Shown one piece after another: positions 26,062 to 36,121 of a stretch of DNA of 64,000 nt. Under the pieces are notes generated by a model that searched no databases, was not told where the DNA came from, and worked only from the letters and a program-made list of their open reading frames with translations. The stretch covers positions 72,977 to 136,976 of the forward strand of contig JAFZQJ010000022.1 of the NCBI GenBank assembly GCA_017620395.1. Reading direction: 5' to 3'. Position 1 is the first letter of the stretch; each line of letters opens with the position of its first letter. The position numbers and the translations under genes were made by a program. The DNA is from Clostridia bacterium (GTDB taxonomy: Bacteria > Bacillota > Clostridia > Oscillospirales > RGIG8002).

Positions 26062-27219
26062 TTAGAACTTTTGAATTCCTTGAATACTACCTTTAAAGTT
26101 TTCCCTTACAGTCTCGACCTCATCTTCAAATTCCTTTAACCTCTCCTTGCCTGCCTTTACGACAGGGGCCAACACTTTCTTATTGTAAATAATCATAGCA
26201 ATTATAGAAGCAACAATTCCTATCAAAAGAATAGCTGGATTAATAACGACGCCGAGTATAACGGAAACGACAATCGGTATTGCAAACGGCAGCAGCTTTT
26301 TAAGTCTCTGCTTTTTCGCGTCCCTTATACCTTGATACAATTCACTGAGTTTACGGACCCTATCCTTGTCCTGCGGAAGCGAATCGCATACAAATCTATT
26401 TTTATCCGAAGAAACAAAAACCGTAAATTCCTTCTCATTGTACTCACAAACCAAACGATACAGGCCGATAATAACTCTTGTCATATCGCTCTTGTCGAAT
26501 ATTCCGCCCGTCATACTGATCCCGCGCCATTCACCATGCATGCTTTTCTCCGCATTTTTGTGAAGACGGTCTTCCATTTCGGGTTTAATATACTTATCAA
26601 ACGCCGCATTCTGCGGGTAATCGTACGAGAGAATCACGGCGTCGGCAGGATACTCGAGAGACTCTATATCCACAAAATCTTTAGGTGATAAATCGCTGTA
26701 CAACTTATGGAACACATCTTCATATTCTTTATTCCCGGGAGCCACCAGATCGGCAGAAGCAGAAGCCTGACCAAAGGCCTGCTGCCATTCTGTATATTTC
26801 TCCATCTGCCCTTTTGAAGAATTGTATCTTTCTTTTTGTGTACCGGCTTCATACGAAAAAGGCGCGCTCGCATTGCAGTGGAAATAATACGCCGGAATCA
26901 TTATATGTTCTTCCTTTTTGACGACAGTCTTTTCCAAAATATCAAGAGGCACGCACGAATCGCTGGTAAGTGCTTTCTTCATACATATCTGCAACTCATA
27001 TCCGCTTTTAGAATCCAGCGATATGCCGCAGCTGATGTTTTCTTTCTCGAGGATTGCCATGTTTTTGACCAGATTCGCAATCACATTCTCTGTGTTGCAG
27101 TTCTGACAAACAACAACCCCCTTTGCGTTCTTCGGAATGTCAAGCGGCGCTCCGCAGTTTTTACAATGGAACGCTTTGACTTCCGGCTCATCTGAATAGG
27201 TCATAGGTTTCATGCTCAT
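26062..27219 (-). CDS. Hypothetical zinc-ribbon protein with a C-terminal transmembrane helical hairpin (385 aa)
   Basis: GGAGG lies 8 nt before the ATG at 27219 (MSMKPMTYSD). There is a CxxC-x15-CxxC ribbon, CKNCGAPLDIPKNAKGVVVCQNC (nt 27097-27165), followed by a roughly 280-aa domain with no motif I recognise. The hydrophobic hairpin LLPFAIPIVVSVILGVVI-NP-AILLIGIVASIIAMIIY (nt 26185-26295) is flanked by KKQRLKK and NKK. A 40-aa charged tail ends the protein. Confidence 0.7.
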   Translation of the reverse strand: MSMKPMTYSDEPEVKAFHCKNCGAPLDIPKNAKGVVVCQNCNTENVIANLVKNMAILEKENISCGISLDSKSGYELQICMKKALTSDSCVPLDILEKTVVKKEEHIMIPAYYFHCNASAPFSYEAGTQKERYNSSKGQMEKYTEWQQAFGQASASADLVAPGNKEYEDVFHKLYSDLSPKDFVDIESLEYPADAVILSYDYPQNAAFDKYIKPEMEDRLHKNAEKSMHGEWRGISMTGGIFDKSDMTRVIIGLYRLVCEYNEKEFTVFVSSDKNRFVCDSLPQDKDRVRKLSELYQGIRDAKKQRLKKLLPFAIPIVVSVILGVVINPAILLIGIVASIIAMIIYNKKVLAPVVKAGKERLKEFEDEVETVRENFKGSIQGIQKF

Positions 27220-27262
27220 AAGTATTCCTCCATATTTTTGATGTCGCTTTACGCGTATTGAT

Positions 27263-27291
27263 ATTATAACTCTATTGAGTATTATTGTCAA
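27263..27291 (-). promoter_or_regulatory. Consensus sigma-A promoter of the zinc-ribbon gene, with an operator in the spacer
   Basis: On the minus strand: TTGACA (27286-27291), a 17-nt spacer, then TATAAT (27263-27268). The spacer contains ACTCAATAGAG (complement of 27270-27280). Confidence 0.7.
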
Positions 27292-27299
27292 TACATATT

Positions 27300-27346
27300 T
27301 TGACTATTTTCTTGCTCAATATAATATTACAATTAACTCAATAGAG
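27300..27346 (+). promoter_or_regulatory. Promoter of the XRE regulator gene plus a downstream operator copy
   Basis: TTGACT (27300-27305), a 16-nt spacer, then TAATAT (27322-27327). ACTCAATAGAG at 27336-27346 lies between the -10 element and the RBS GAGGTG. The two -35 boxes are back to back, 8 bp apart. Confidence 0.55.
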
Positions 27347-27356
27347 AGGTGATTAT

Positions 27357-27671
27357 ATGGACGCCAAGGCAAGAATAAGGCAGTTGATGGACGAGAAGAA
27401 CATAACCGAGTATAAGCTCGCAAAGTTAAGCGGCCTGTCTCAAAGTACGATTTCAAACATTTTCATAAGAAACACAGCGCCGACAATACCGACAATTGAA
27501 GCGATATGCAACGGACTCGGAATATCAATGTCGCAGTTCTTTGCTGATCCTTCGGCAGAGTCACCCGTGTATCTGACAAAGGAACAGGAAGAACTCTTCA
27601 AAAAATGGATCTCGCTTTCAAAAGAGCAAAAAGAAGCGGTGCTGAAAATAATCAAATCATATAAAAAATAA
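27357..27671 (+). CDS. XRE-family helix-turn-helix transcriptional regulator (104 aa)
   Basis: Classic HTH_3 pattern IRQLMDEKNITEYKLAKLSGLSQSTISNI...PTIPTIEAICNGLGISMSQFF, plus a short helical C-terminal extension. Confidence 0.85.
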   Translation: MDAKARIRQLMDEKNITEYKLAKLSGLSQSTISNIFIRNTAPTIPTIEAICNGLGISMSQFFADPSAESPVYLTKEQEELFKKWISLSKEQKEAVLKIIKSYKK

Positions 27672-27677
27672 TAATCC

Positions 27678-27706
27678 AAAGCGGCTCACGCGAGCCGCTT
27701 TTTTCG
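27678..27706 (+). repeat. Right copy of the 29-bp direct repeat; terminator of the XRE gene
   Basis: AAAGCGGCTCACGCGAGCCGCTTTTTTCG. It matches 26007-26035 at 28/29 positions, and the only difference is in the loop. Confidence 0.85.
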
Positions 27707-27723
27707 TTTTTCGCGAGCAATAA

Positions 27724-29781
<2,058 letters not shown>

Positions 29782-29880
29782 TTTTTTCAAAAATTATATA
29801 AATATTTCCAACAAAAACAACTTCCCCGTCGTTATATGGACGTCAGACGAAACAAACCGGACGCCCGGAGGTGATGAGAC

Positions 29881-30369
29881 GTGACCGAATACGCTTCAAG
29901 GCGGTTTTCCGCGATCTACGAGAAGTACCGCGTGGTCGTTTATTACACGGCGCTGCGCGTGACGCGCTCGAAGGAAGCCGCCGAAGACGTCATGCAGTCC
30001 GTCTTCCTCGAGCTAATGGACAACTGCGAAAAGAACGGCCGCATCCCCGACGAGGTCGGCGGCTGGCTCGTGAAGCTCGCGAAGTTCCGTTCGCTCGACC
30101 ACGTCCGCGGCGAAAGCCGCACCGTTCCCGAGGAGCTGCCGGAAGTGCACGCCGGCGACGCCTCCGCCGATACGGAAAGATCGGTGATGATACGCGGCGC
30201 GCTCGAAACGCTCTCGGATGAGGAGCGCGAGATCTTCGATCTGAAGGTGCTCGGCGGCTTCAAGCATCGCGAGATCGCGCAGATCGTTTCGTCGAACCCG
30301 TCCACCGTCCGCTGGCAGTACGCGCAGATAGTCAAGAAGCTCAAGCCGCTGCTCGCCGACCTGAATTAA
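29881..30369 (+). CDS. ECF-type sigma-70 family RNA polymerase sigma factor
   Basis: GTG start 9 nt after GGAGG. Region 2 is EDVMQSVFLEL...WLVKLAKFRSLDHVR. Region 4 is LSDEEREIFDLKVLGGFKHREIAQIVSSNPSTVRWQY. Confidence 0.8.
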   Translation: MTEYASRRFSAIYEKYRVVVYYTALRVTRSKEAAEDVMQSVFLELMDNCEKNGRIPDEVGGWLVKLAKFRSLDHVRGESRTVPEELPEVHAGDASADTERSVMIRGALETLSDEEREIFDLKVLGGFKHREIAQIVSSNPSTVRWQYAQIVKKLKPLLADLN

Positions 30370-30387
30370 CGATTGGGAGGTTTTGTT

Positions 30388-32487
30388 ATGAACTTCAACA
30401 GATTCAAGAATGAATACCGCGCGATGGCAAAGGCAGAAACGCCCGACACGCCGGTCGTTCCGCAGGTTGCGGAAACTGCGAAGCCGCGCTTCACACAGCG
30501 CCCCGCGTTCCGTTTCGCCATGGCGGCGCTTTCGCTGCTGCTCGTAGTCGGCATTTCGCTGACCGCGGTCTACGTCGTGCCGAAATCGAACAGCGTCGCC
30601 GTCTCCGGCGGCAAGCCGGAGCTCACCCGCTGCGCGACCTACGACGACCTCGACGCCGTCTTCACCAGGGCGAAGGACCGCGCCGATTCGCGCAATATAT
30701 TCGACGGTATGTATTATAAATCGGCGACAGCGACTGACACCATTCGCGACGATTTCAATTACGCCGGCAATCCCGAATACCTTACCCTCGGCGGCGTAGA
30801 AGAAAGCGCTTTCGCGCCTGCGCTGCCGGAAGGAACCGACGGCGGCTACAGCAAGACGAACGTCCAGGTCGACGGCGTCGACGAAGCCGATATCGTCAAG
30901 ACGGACGGCAAGTTCGTCTACGTCGCCAAAGAAGGACGCGTCGTCGTTTTCGATGTGAGGACGCCTTCCGAAATCGCAAAATCGTCAACTATACGCGTTG
31001 ACGATCTGCTCGACAACAGCGTTTACGGCTATGCCCACGTTGCAGATATGTTCCTCGAGGACGACCTGCTGACCGTCGTCTTCACCGCCGAGAAGAAGGA
31101 CTACGGGAACGACAAGCTCTTCACCGACTACTACTTCTCCATGCGCGCCGACTCGCAGTACGGCATCGCGGTCTATGACGTTTCCGATCCCGCGAAGCCC
31201 GAGAGCGTCCGCTATTACACGCAGGAGGGCTATTACGTCAGCTCCCGCCGCATCGGCGACTACGTCTATATGGTGACGAGAAAGAGCGTCTACGCCGGAA
31301 ACTACGACGGCAAGCCCGAATCCGTCGTCCCCTGCCGCTGCGACAGCGCGGCGGACGATACAATCACTCCGGTCGCGCCCGACTGCATCTATATCGCCGA
31401 TAACAGCACGAGCTTCATAACGCTCGGCGCGGTCAACGTCAAGGACGCCGGCGAGCCCGCCGGCACGGTCACCGTCCTCGGCGACGGCGGAACCGTTTAT
31501 TCCTCCGCGAAGGCGATGTATATCTTCGGCACGCGCTACGATTACAAAGCCGACGACGCCGAAGGCGCGGTTTCAAACGCCGCGATCACGACGAATATCT
31601 ACAAGTTCACGATGAGCGGCTCCGAGCTCGCCTTCACCGCCTCCGGCAGCGTCAAAGGCAGCATGATAAACCAGTTCGCCGCCGACGAATACGAGGGCAA
31701 CCTCCGCGTCGCCACCACCTACGAGGGATATACGACGAAAGAGGATAAGACGGTAGAGTTCTACACCGAGAACGCCGTCACGATCCTCGACGAAAACCTC
31801 GAGAAGCTCGGCGAGCTGACCGGACTCGCGAAAGGCGAATACATCAAGTCCGTCCGCTTCAACGGCGCGACCGGCTACGTCGTCACCTTCCGCACCGTCG
31901 ACCCGCTCTTCGCCTTCGACTTAAGCGACCCGAAAAATCCGGTCGTCACCGGCGAGCTGAAGATCCCCGGCTACAGCGAATACATGCACGTCTATAATGA
32001 CAACACGCTGCTCGGCATCGGCCAGGACGCCACCGCCGAGAGCGATGACGCCGACATGGCGTACTATCAGGGGCTGAAGATCGCGCTCTTCGACGTCACC
32101 GATCCCGATAACATGGCTGAGATCGACACCTACTACCTCGGCGACAGAGGCACGACGTCCACGGTCGAATGGGATCACAAGGCGCTCGCCTACTACGCGA
32201 GTCGCGACGTCTTCGGTATCCCGGTAGAGCTCTTCCGCTTCGAAGGCGAGCAGGAAAACATCTACGACTACGGCGAGTTCGACAGCAACTCCTTCTGCGT
32301 CTTCTCCATGGGCGGCGGAAAGAAAATCTCGATGGTCAGTATGATAAAGCAGTTCAACGAGGACGGCGGAACATTCAATATCAACCGCGGGATATTCATC
32401 GGTGACAACGTCGTGACGATCTCCTGCGATATGATCCAGATCAACGACTACTCCACCGGCGAGCTGCTCGGCAATCTCACCTTCTGA
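30388..32487 (+). CDS. Membrane-anchored beta-propeller domain protein (Beta_propel family), putative sigma-factor partner
   Basis: The ATG at 30388 follows GGGAGG. It has a short N-terminus, then the TM helix FAMAALSLLLVVGISLTAVYVV and a large extracytoplasmic domain. Motifs remembered from PF09826 include TNVQVDGVDEADIVKTDGKFVYV, VDPLFAFDLSDPKNP, PGYSEYMH and GLKIALFDV. Confidence 0.6.
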   Translation: MNFNRFKNEYRAMAKAETPDTPVVPQVAETAKPRFTQRPAFRFAMAALSLLLVVGISLTAVYVVPKSNSVAVSGGKPELTRCATYDDLDAVFTRAKDRADSRNIFDGMYYKSATATDTIRDDFNYAGNPEYLTLGGVEESAFAPALPEGTDGGYSKTNVQVDGVDEADIVKTDGKFVYVAKEGRVVVFDVRTPSEIAKSSTIRVDDLLDNSVYGYAHVADMFLEDDLLTVVFTAEKKDYGNDKLFTDYYFSMRADSQYGIAVYDVSDPAKPESVRYYTQEGYYVSSRRIGDYVYMVTRKSVYAGNYDGKPESVVPCRCDSAADDTITPVAPDCIYIADNSTSFITLGAVNVKDAGEPAGTVTVLGDGGTVYSSAKAMYIFGTRYDYKADDAEGAVSNAAITTNIYKFTMSGSELAFTASGSVKGSMINQFAADEYEGNLRVATTYEGYTTKEDKTVEFYTENAVTILDENLEKLGELTGLAKGEYIKSVRFNGATGYVVTFRTVDPLFAFDLSDPKNPVVTGELKIPGYSEYMHVYNDNTLLGIGQDATAESDDADMAYYQGLKIALFDVTDPDNMAEIDTYYLGDRGTTSTVEWDHKALAYYASRDVFGIPVELFRFEGEQENIYDYGEFDSNSFCVFSMGGGKKISMVSMIKQFNEDGGTFNINRGIFIGDNVVTISCDMIQINDYSTGELLGNLTF

Positions 32488-32527
32488 TACCCGCGTTCAA
32501 GCTTTTCAAATTTCTCCTTTACAAAAA

Positions 32528-32552
32528 GGCGTTCCAAAAGGAACGTCTTTTT
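32528..32552 (+). terminator. Intrinsic terminator after the beta-propeller gene
   Basis: GGCGTTCC pairs with GGAACGTC (one G-U pair) around an AAAA loop, followed by TTTTT. Confidence 0.55.
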
Positions 32553-32640
32553 GTTACGCTCTTTTGTTGCGCGCTTTTTACGGACAAGTGTTCTATACGG
32601 ACGAGCCCCGGCATATCATTTACAAAAACGGGGTGAGTGT

Positions 32641-33483
32641 ATGGACTCTGACGGAATCATATCGCTTCTGCCGACGCGGTTTCGCGGCGCGGCGGAGGCG
32701 CTGAAAAACGAATTATTCGAGCTGCGCGTCTTCGCCGGAGGAGGCGTTTGGGCGGTCGCGAAAAGCGGCGTCAGACGCGTCGGAAGCATCGACCGCGGCG
32801 AGTTCCGTAAGCTCTTTTCCGGGCTTTGCGGCGGCGCGCCGTACGCCTACGAAAGCGAGATAAAGCGCGGATACTTCACCGTCGGCGGCTGCCGGATAGG
32901 CGTATGCGGCACCGCGGTCGCCGAGGACGGAAAGGTAATTTCTGTCAAGGACGCGCGATCGCTGAACCTGCGCTTCGCGCGCGAGGTAAAAGGCGCGGCG
33001 GACGGGCTTTTCGCCGCGCTCGGCGGGAGCGTAGACGGCGGCCTGCTGCTCGCGGGTCCGCCCGCCTGCGGCAAGACTACCCTGCTGCGCGATCTGGCGC
33101 GGCGGCTCTCCGAAAGCGGGCGCAAGGTCTGCGTCATAGACGAGCGCGGCGAGATCGCCGCCGTCGCTGACGGAGTTCCGTCCGCCGGCGTCGGGCCGCT
33201 GACGGACGTTCTGGACGGCTACCCGAAGACCTACGCGGCCGAGCTTGCGCTGCGCTGTCTTTCCCCCGACGTCATCGTATGCGACGAGGTCGGCGAAGGC
33301 GAAACGGACGCGCTGATCGAATGCGCAGACTGCGGAGTCGACGTCGTAGCGGCGGTTCACGGGAACGAACGCTCCCGCCGCTTCAGGCGGCTCGCGGAAA
33401 GCGGCTGTTTCCGCCGCGCGGCGTTCTTCAAAGCCGGCGCGGTCGGAGTTATAGAAAGGGTGACGGTAATTGCTGACGCTTAG
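32641..33483 (+). CDS. spoIIIAA: Stage III sporulation protein AA (ATPase)
   Basis: Walker A GPPACGKTTLLRD and Walker B VIVCDEVG. It is the first gene of an eight-gene spoIIIA-type operon. Confidence 0.85.
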   Translation: MDSDGIISLLPTRFRGAAEALKNELFELRVFAGGGVWAVAKSGVRRVGSIDRGEFRKLFSGLCGGAPYAYESEIKRGYFTVGGCRIGVCGTAVAEDGKVISVKDARSLNLRFAREVKGAADGLFAALGGSVDGGLLLAGPPACGKTTLLRDLARRLSESGRKVCVIDERGEIAAVADGVPSAGVGPLTDVLDGYPKTYAAELALRCLSPDVIVCDEVGEGETDALIECADCGVDVVAAVHGNERSRRFRRLAESGCFRRAAFFKAGAVGVIERVTVIADA

Positions 33484-33928
33484 ATTCGCCGCCGCCTGCG
33501 CCGCGGGCGCGGGAGTCTTCTGGTGCGGACTGCGGCGCAGCCGCCGCATCTCCGCGCGCCCCGAAACCGCCGAGGCGCTCGCCGCCTCCGCCGGACGCAT
33601 GCGCTCCGCAATCATGCACCGCCACGCGCTGAAGCGCGAGCTTCTGGCGGAGCTGCCCTTCCCCTGCGGCGGCGACGAGGCCGCGCTGCTCGAATACCTT
33701 GACGGAGCGGACTTCCCCTTCGGCGAGAAGGAGGCGGAAAAGCTCCGCGCTTTCATATCCGCGCTCGGCGAAGGCACGCTCGAGCGGCAGCTCGCGCTGA
33801 CGGACGACTTCCGAGACTTCTGGAAAGACGCCGCCGAAAATGCGAAACGCGAAAAGGCCGAAAAAGGCCGCCTCTGCCTCTCGCTCGGCGGGCTTGGCGG
33901 ACTTGCGGCAATCATCATATTAGCGTAA
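33470..33928 (+). CDS. spoIIIAB: Stage III sporulation protein AB
   Basis: Position, size and N/C-terminal hydrophobic segments fit spoIIIAB. It has a TTG start that overlaps spoIIIAA. Confidence 0.65.
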   Translation: MLTLRFAAACAAGAGVFWCGLRRSRRISARPETAEALAASAGRMRSAIMHRHALKRELLAELPFPCGGDEAALLEYLDGADFPFGEKEAEKLRAFISALGEGTLERQLALTDDFRDFWKDAAENAKREKAEKGRLCLSLGGLGGLAAIIILA

Positions 33929-33941
33929 GGAAGGCAATTCG

Positions 33942-34136
33942 ATGGACGTTGACCTCATTTTCAAGATCGCGGCGGTCGGGATAATAACCGCCGTATTAAA
34001 TCAGCTCCTCGTGCGCTCCGGCAGAGAGGAACAGGCGATGCTGACGACTATCGCCGGCCTCGTGGTCGTGCTCGTCGTGATTTCGGGTGAAATCAGCCGT
34101 CTTTTCGCCATGATAAAGACGATGTTCGGTTTCTGA
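33942..34136 (+). CDS. spoIIIAC: Stage III sporulation protein AC
   Basis: 64-aa two-TM protein with IFKIAAVGIITAVLNQLL..SGREEQA, typical of SpoIIIAC. Confidence 0.85.
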   Translation: MDVDLIFKIAAVGIITAVLNQLLVRSGREEQAMLTTIAGLVVVLVVISGEISRLFAMIKTMFGF

Positions 34137-34525
34137 TGAATATTTACACGGTCGCCGCGATCGGCGTCATCGGCGCGCTGATATGCGTTCTGTTGAAGCA
34201 GTACCGGCCGGAGCTCGCGCTGCTTGCCGGAGTGGGAGTTTCGGCGTTTATTCTGTCCGGACTCATCGACGTCGCGCTCGACGCGATAAGCTTCTTCCGC
34301 GAGCTCGCGGACGCTTCCGGAATGTCCGCCCTCAGCGTGCGCACGCTGCTCAAATGCGTCGGCGTCTGCTTCGTCACGGAGTTCGCCTCCGACACCTGCC
34401 GCGACGCGGGAGAAACAGCGCTCGCGGCGCGTGTAGAAACCTTCGGGCGGCTCGCCGCCTTCGCCGTTTCGATACCGCTGCTGCGTGAATTCGCGTCGCT
34501 AGTCGCGGCGCTGATAAAGGGCTGA
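34136..34525 (+). CDS. spoIIIAD: Stage III sporulation protein AD
   Basis: 129-aa polytopic protein (AAIGVIGALICVLLKQYRPELA...) in the conserved operon position. Confidence 0.85.
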   Translation: MNIYTVAAIGVIGALICVLLKQYRPELALLAGVGVSAFILSGLIDVALDAISFFRELADASGMSALSVRTLLKCVGVCFVTEFASDTCRDAGETALAARVETFGRLAAFAVSIPLLREFASLVAALIKG

Positions 34526-34526
34526 A

Positions 34527-35639
34527 ATGAAAAGACGTTTATGCTTGATAATACTGCTCGCGGCTCTGCTCGTTCTGCTGCCCGCGCGCGTTCACGCGCT
34601 GACGGAGGACGAGCTCGTACGCCGGCAGGAGGACGCCGCGGATACGGCTTCGGTCGCTGAGGCGGTGCCGGAAGCCGCCGCGGACGCGCTCGAGGAGCTT
34701 GGAATCGACCCCGCGCACCCCGCCGAGGGAATGAAAAAGTTCACGATCAGCGCGCTGTTTGACGTCGTCAAAGACGGACTGCTCGGCGCGGTATCCGCGC
34801 CCCTGCGTTCGCTCGGCGCGATACTCGGCGCGGTGCTTATCGCGTCGGTCTTCGCGGACGAAAAGCGGCGCATACTGCGTTCCGTATGCACCGCGGGCGC
34901 GGGGATCGCGGTCATCGCGCCGATCGCTTCGCTCGCCGCTTCCGCCGCCGAGACGCTGACGGAATGCTCCATATTTATGACCGCTTCCCTGCCCGTTTTC
35001 GCAACGCTGACCGTCTCGGGCGGGATGCCGGTCTCGTCGGGATTTATGAACGCCGCTATGCTCGGGCTCTCGAACGCGCTTTCCGCAATCGGCGGCAAGG
35101 TGCTGCTCCCCGTCGCCTGCGCGTCGCTTGCCTTATCCGCGGTCGGCGCGTTCGCGCCGGAGCTGAAGACGGAAAAGCTCGCCTCAAGCGTGCGAAATCT
35201 CACGCTGTGGGGCATCGGCGCGGCGCTGACGCTTTATCTGACGTTTATCGGCATACAGTCTGGCATCACGTCTTCGCTCGACGGGCTGACGCACAAGGCG
35301 CTGAAGGTCACCGTCTCCGGCGCGCTCCCCGTCGTCGGCGGGATAATATCCGACGCTTCGGAGACCGTCTTCGGCGCGGCGGAGCTGATACGCGGCGGCA
35401 TGGGCGGGCTCGCGCTCGTCGTGATAGCCGTCGCCTTCGCGAAGCCGCTATTCACCGCGCTCGTCTGGGCGGCGGCGCTTCGGCTCGCGGAGTTCGCCGC
35501 CGCGTCCTTCGGGAACGACGACGTCGCGGCTCTCACAGGCGCGGCGCGGAAGACCGTCACGGCGACAGCCGCGCTGCTCGCGGCCGCCGCGGTAGCGATA
35601 ACCGTTTCGGTGGCGATACTCGTCAGATTGAAGGTGTGA
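34527..35639 (+). CDS. spoIIIAE: Stage III sporulation protein AE
   Basis: Signal peptide plus a multi-TM protein of typical size, in the conserved operon order. Confidence 0.8.
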   Translation: MKRRLCLIILLAALLVLLPARVHALTEDELVRRQEDAADTASVAEAVPEAAADALEELGIDPAHPAEGMKKFTISALFDVVKDGLLGAVSAPLRSLGAILGAVLIASVFADEKRRILRSVCTAGAGIAVIAPIASLAASAAETLTECSIFMTASLPVFATLTVSGGMPVSSGFMNAAMLGLSNALSAIGGKVLLPVACASLALSAVGAFAPELKTEKLASSVRNLTLWGIGAALTLYLTFIGIQSGITSSLDGLTHKALKVTVSGALPVVGGIISDASETVFGAAELIRGGMGGLALVVIAVAFAKPLFTALVWAAALRLAEFAAASFGNDDVAALTGAARKTVTATAALLAAAAVAITVSVAILVRLKV

Positions 35640-35641
35640 CA

Positions 35642-36121
35642 ATGGAGGAGTTCCGCATATACGCGACCGGCGTCATATTCTCCGTCCTCGCGGCGGGCGC
35701 GGTGTTTCTGCTGCTGCCCGCGAAGCGAGTCGCGAAGCCGGCGCGTATCGCCGCGGCGGTCGCGGTGCTGCTCGTGCTGACCGCGCCGCTGCTGAAGCTT
35801 TCCGGCGACTACCGCGATATAATCGCCGCCGCGGATACCGACCTGCCCCCGCATTACGAAGACCTCGCGGAAACACAGCGCAAGCAGCGCACGGAGCTCG
35901 CGCGGGAGCGTTTTTCGCAATCCGTGCGCGATATTCTCGAACGAAACGGCATAAGCCCGTCTGACGTGAATATATATGTTACGGAGAAAAACGGCGAACT
36001 GCAGCTTTACGACGTAGCGCTGACGCTCCGCTCTGACATTACTGCCGCGGAGCGAAGCAAGGCGATGCGCGTGGTGACGGAGGTTTTCGGCGTTGAGCCC
36101 TCCGTTGAAATAGAAAGGTGA
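35642..36121 (+). CDS. spoIIIAF: Stage III sporulation protein AF
   Basis: Only the last 160 codons of tracked ORF 34886..36121 are used. The ATG at 35642 lies directly after the spoIIIAE stop. There are two N-terminal TM helices, and the operon position fits. Confidence 0.65.
   Translation: MEEFRIYATGVIFSVLAAGAVFLLLPAKRVAKPARIAAAVAVLLVLTAPLLKLSGDYRDIIAAADTDLPPHYEDLAETQRKQRTELARERFSQSVRDILERNGISPSDVNIYVTEKNGELQLYDVALTLRSDITAAERSKAMRVVTEVFGVEPSVEIER

Larger units (their letters stand above)
26007..27706. mobile_element. Putative horizontally acquired two-gene islet (no mobility gene present)
   Basis: Bounded by the duplicated 29-bp hairpin. GC is visibly lower than in the flanks: hand counts give roughly 38-47% in lines 26221 and 27001, versus about 63% in line 28021. 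Codon usage is AT-rich. It carries its own consensus promoters. Confidence 0.5.

Noticed and set aside
26007-27706. Prophage remnant or transposon as an explanation for the XRE-containing islet.
   Set aside because: No integrase, recombinase, transposase, terminal inverted repeats or phage structural genes are present. Only the duplicated hairpin marks the boundaries, so I report it as an islet of unknown mobility mechanism.
34886-35641. The N-terminal 252 codons of tracked ORF 34886..36121.
   Set aside because: This part overlaps spoIIIAE in another frame and is Arg-rich. Only the portion from the ATG at 35642 (spoIIIAF) is credible.
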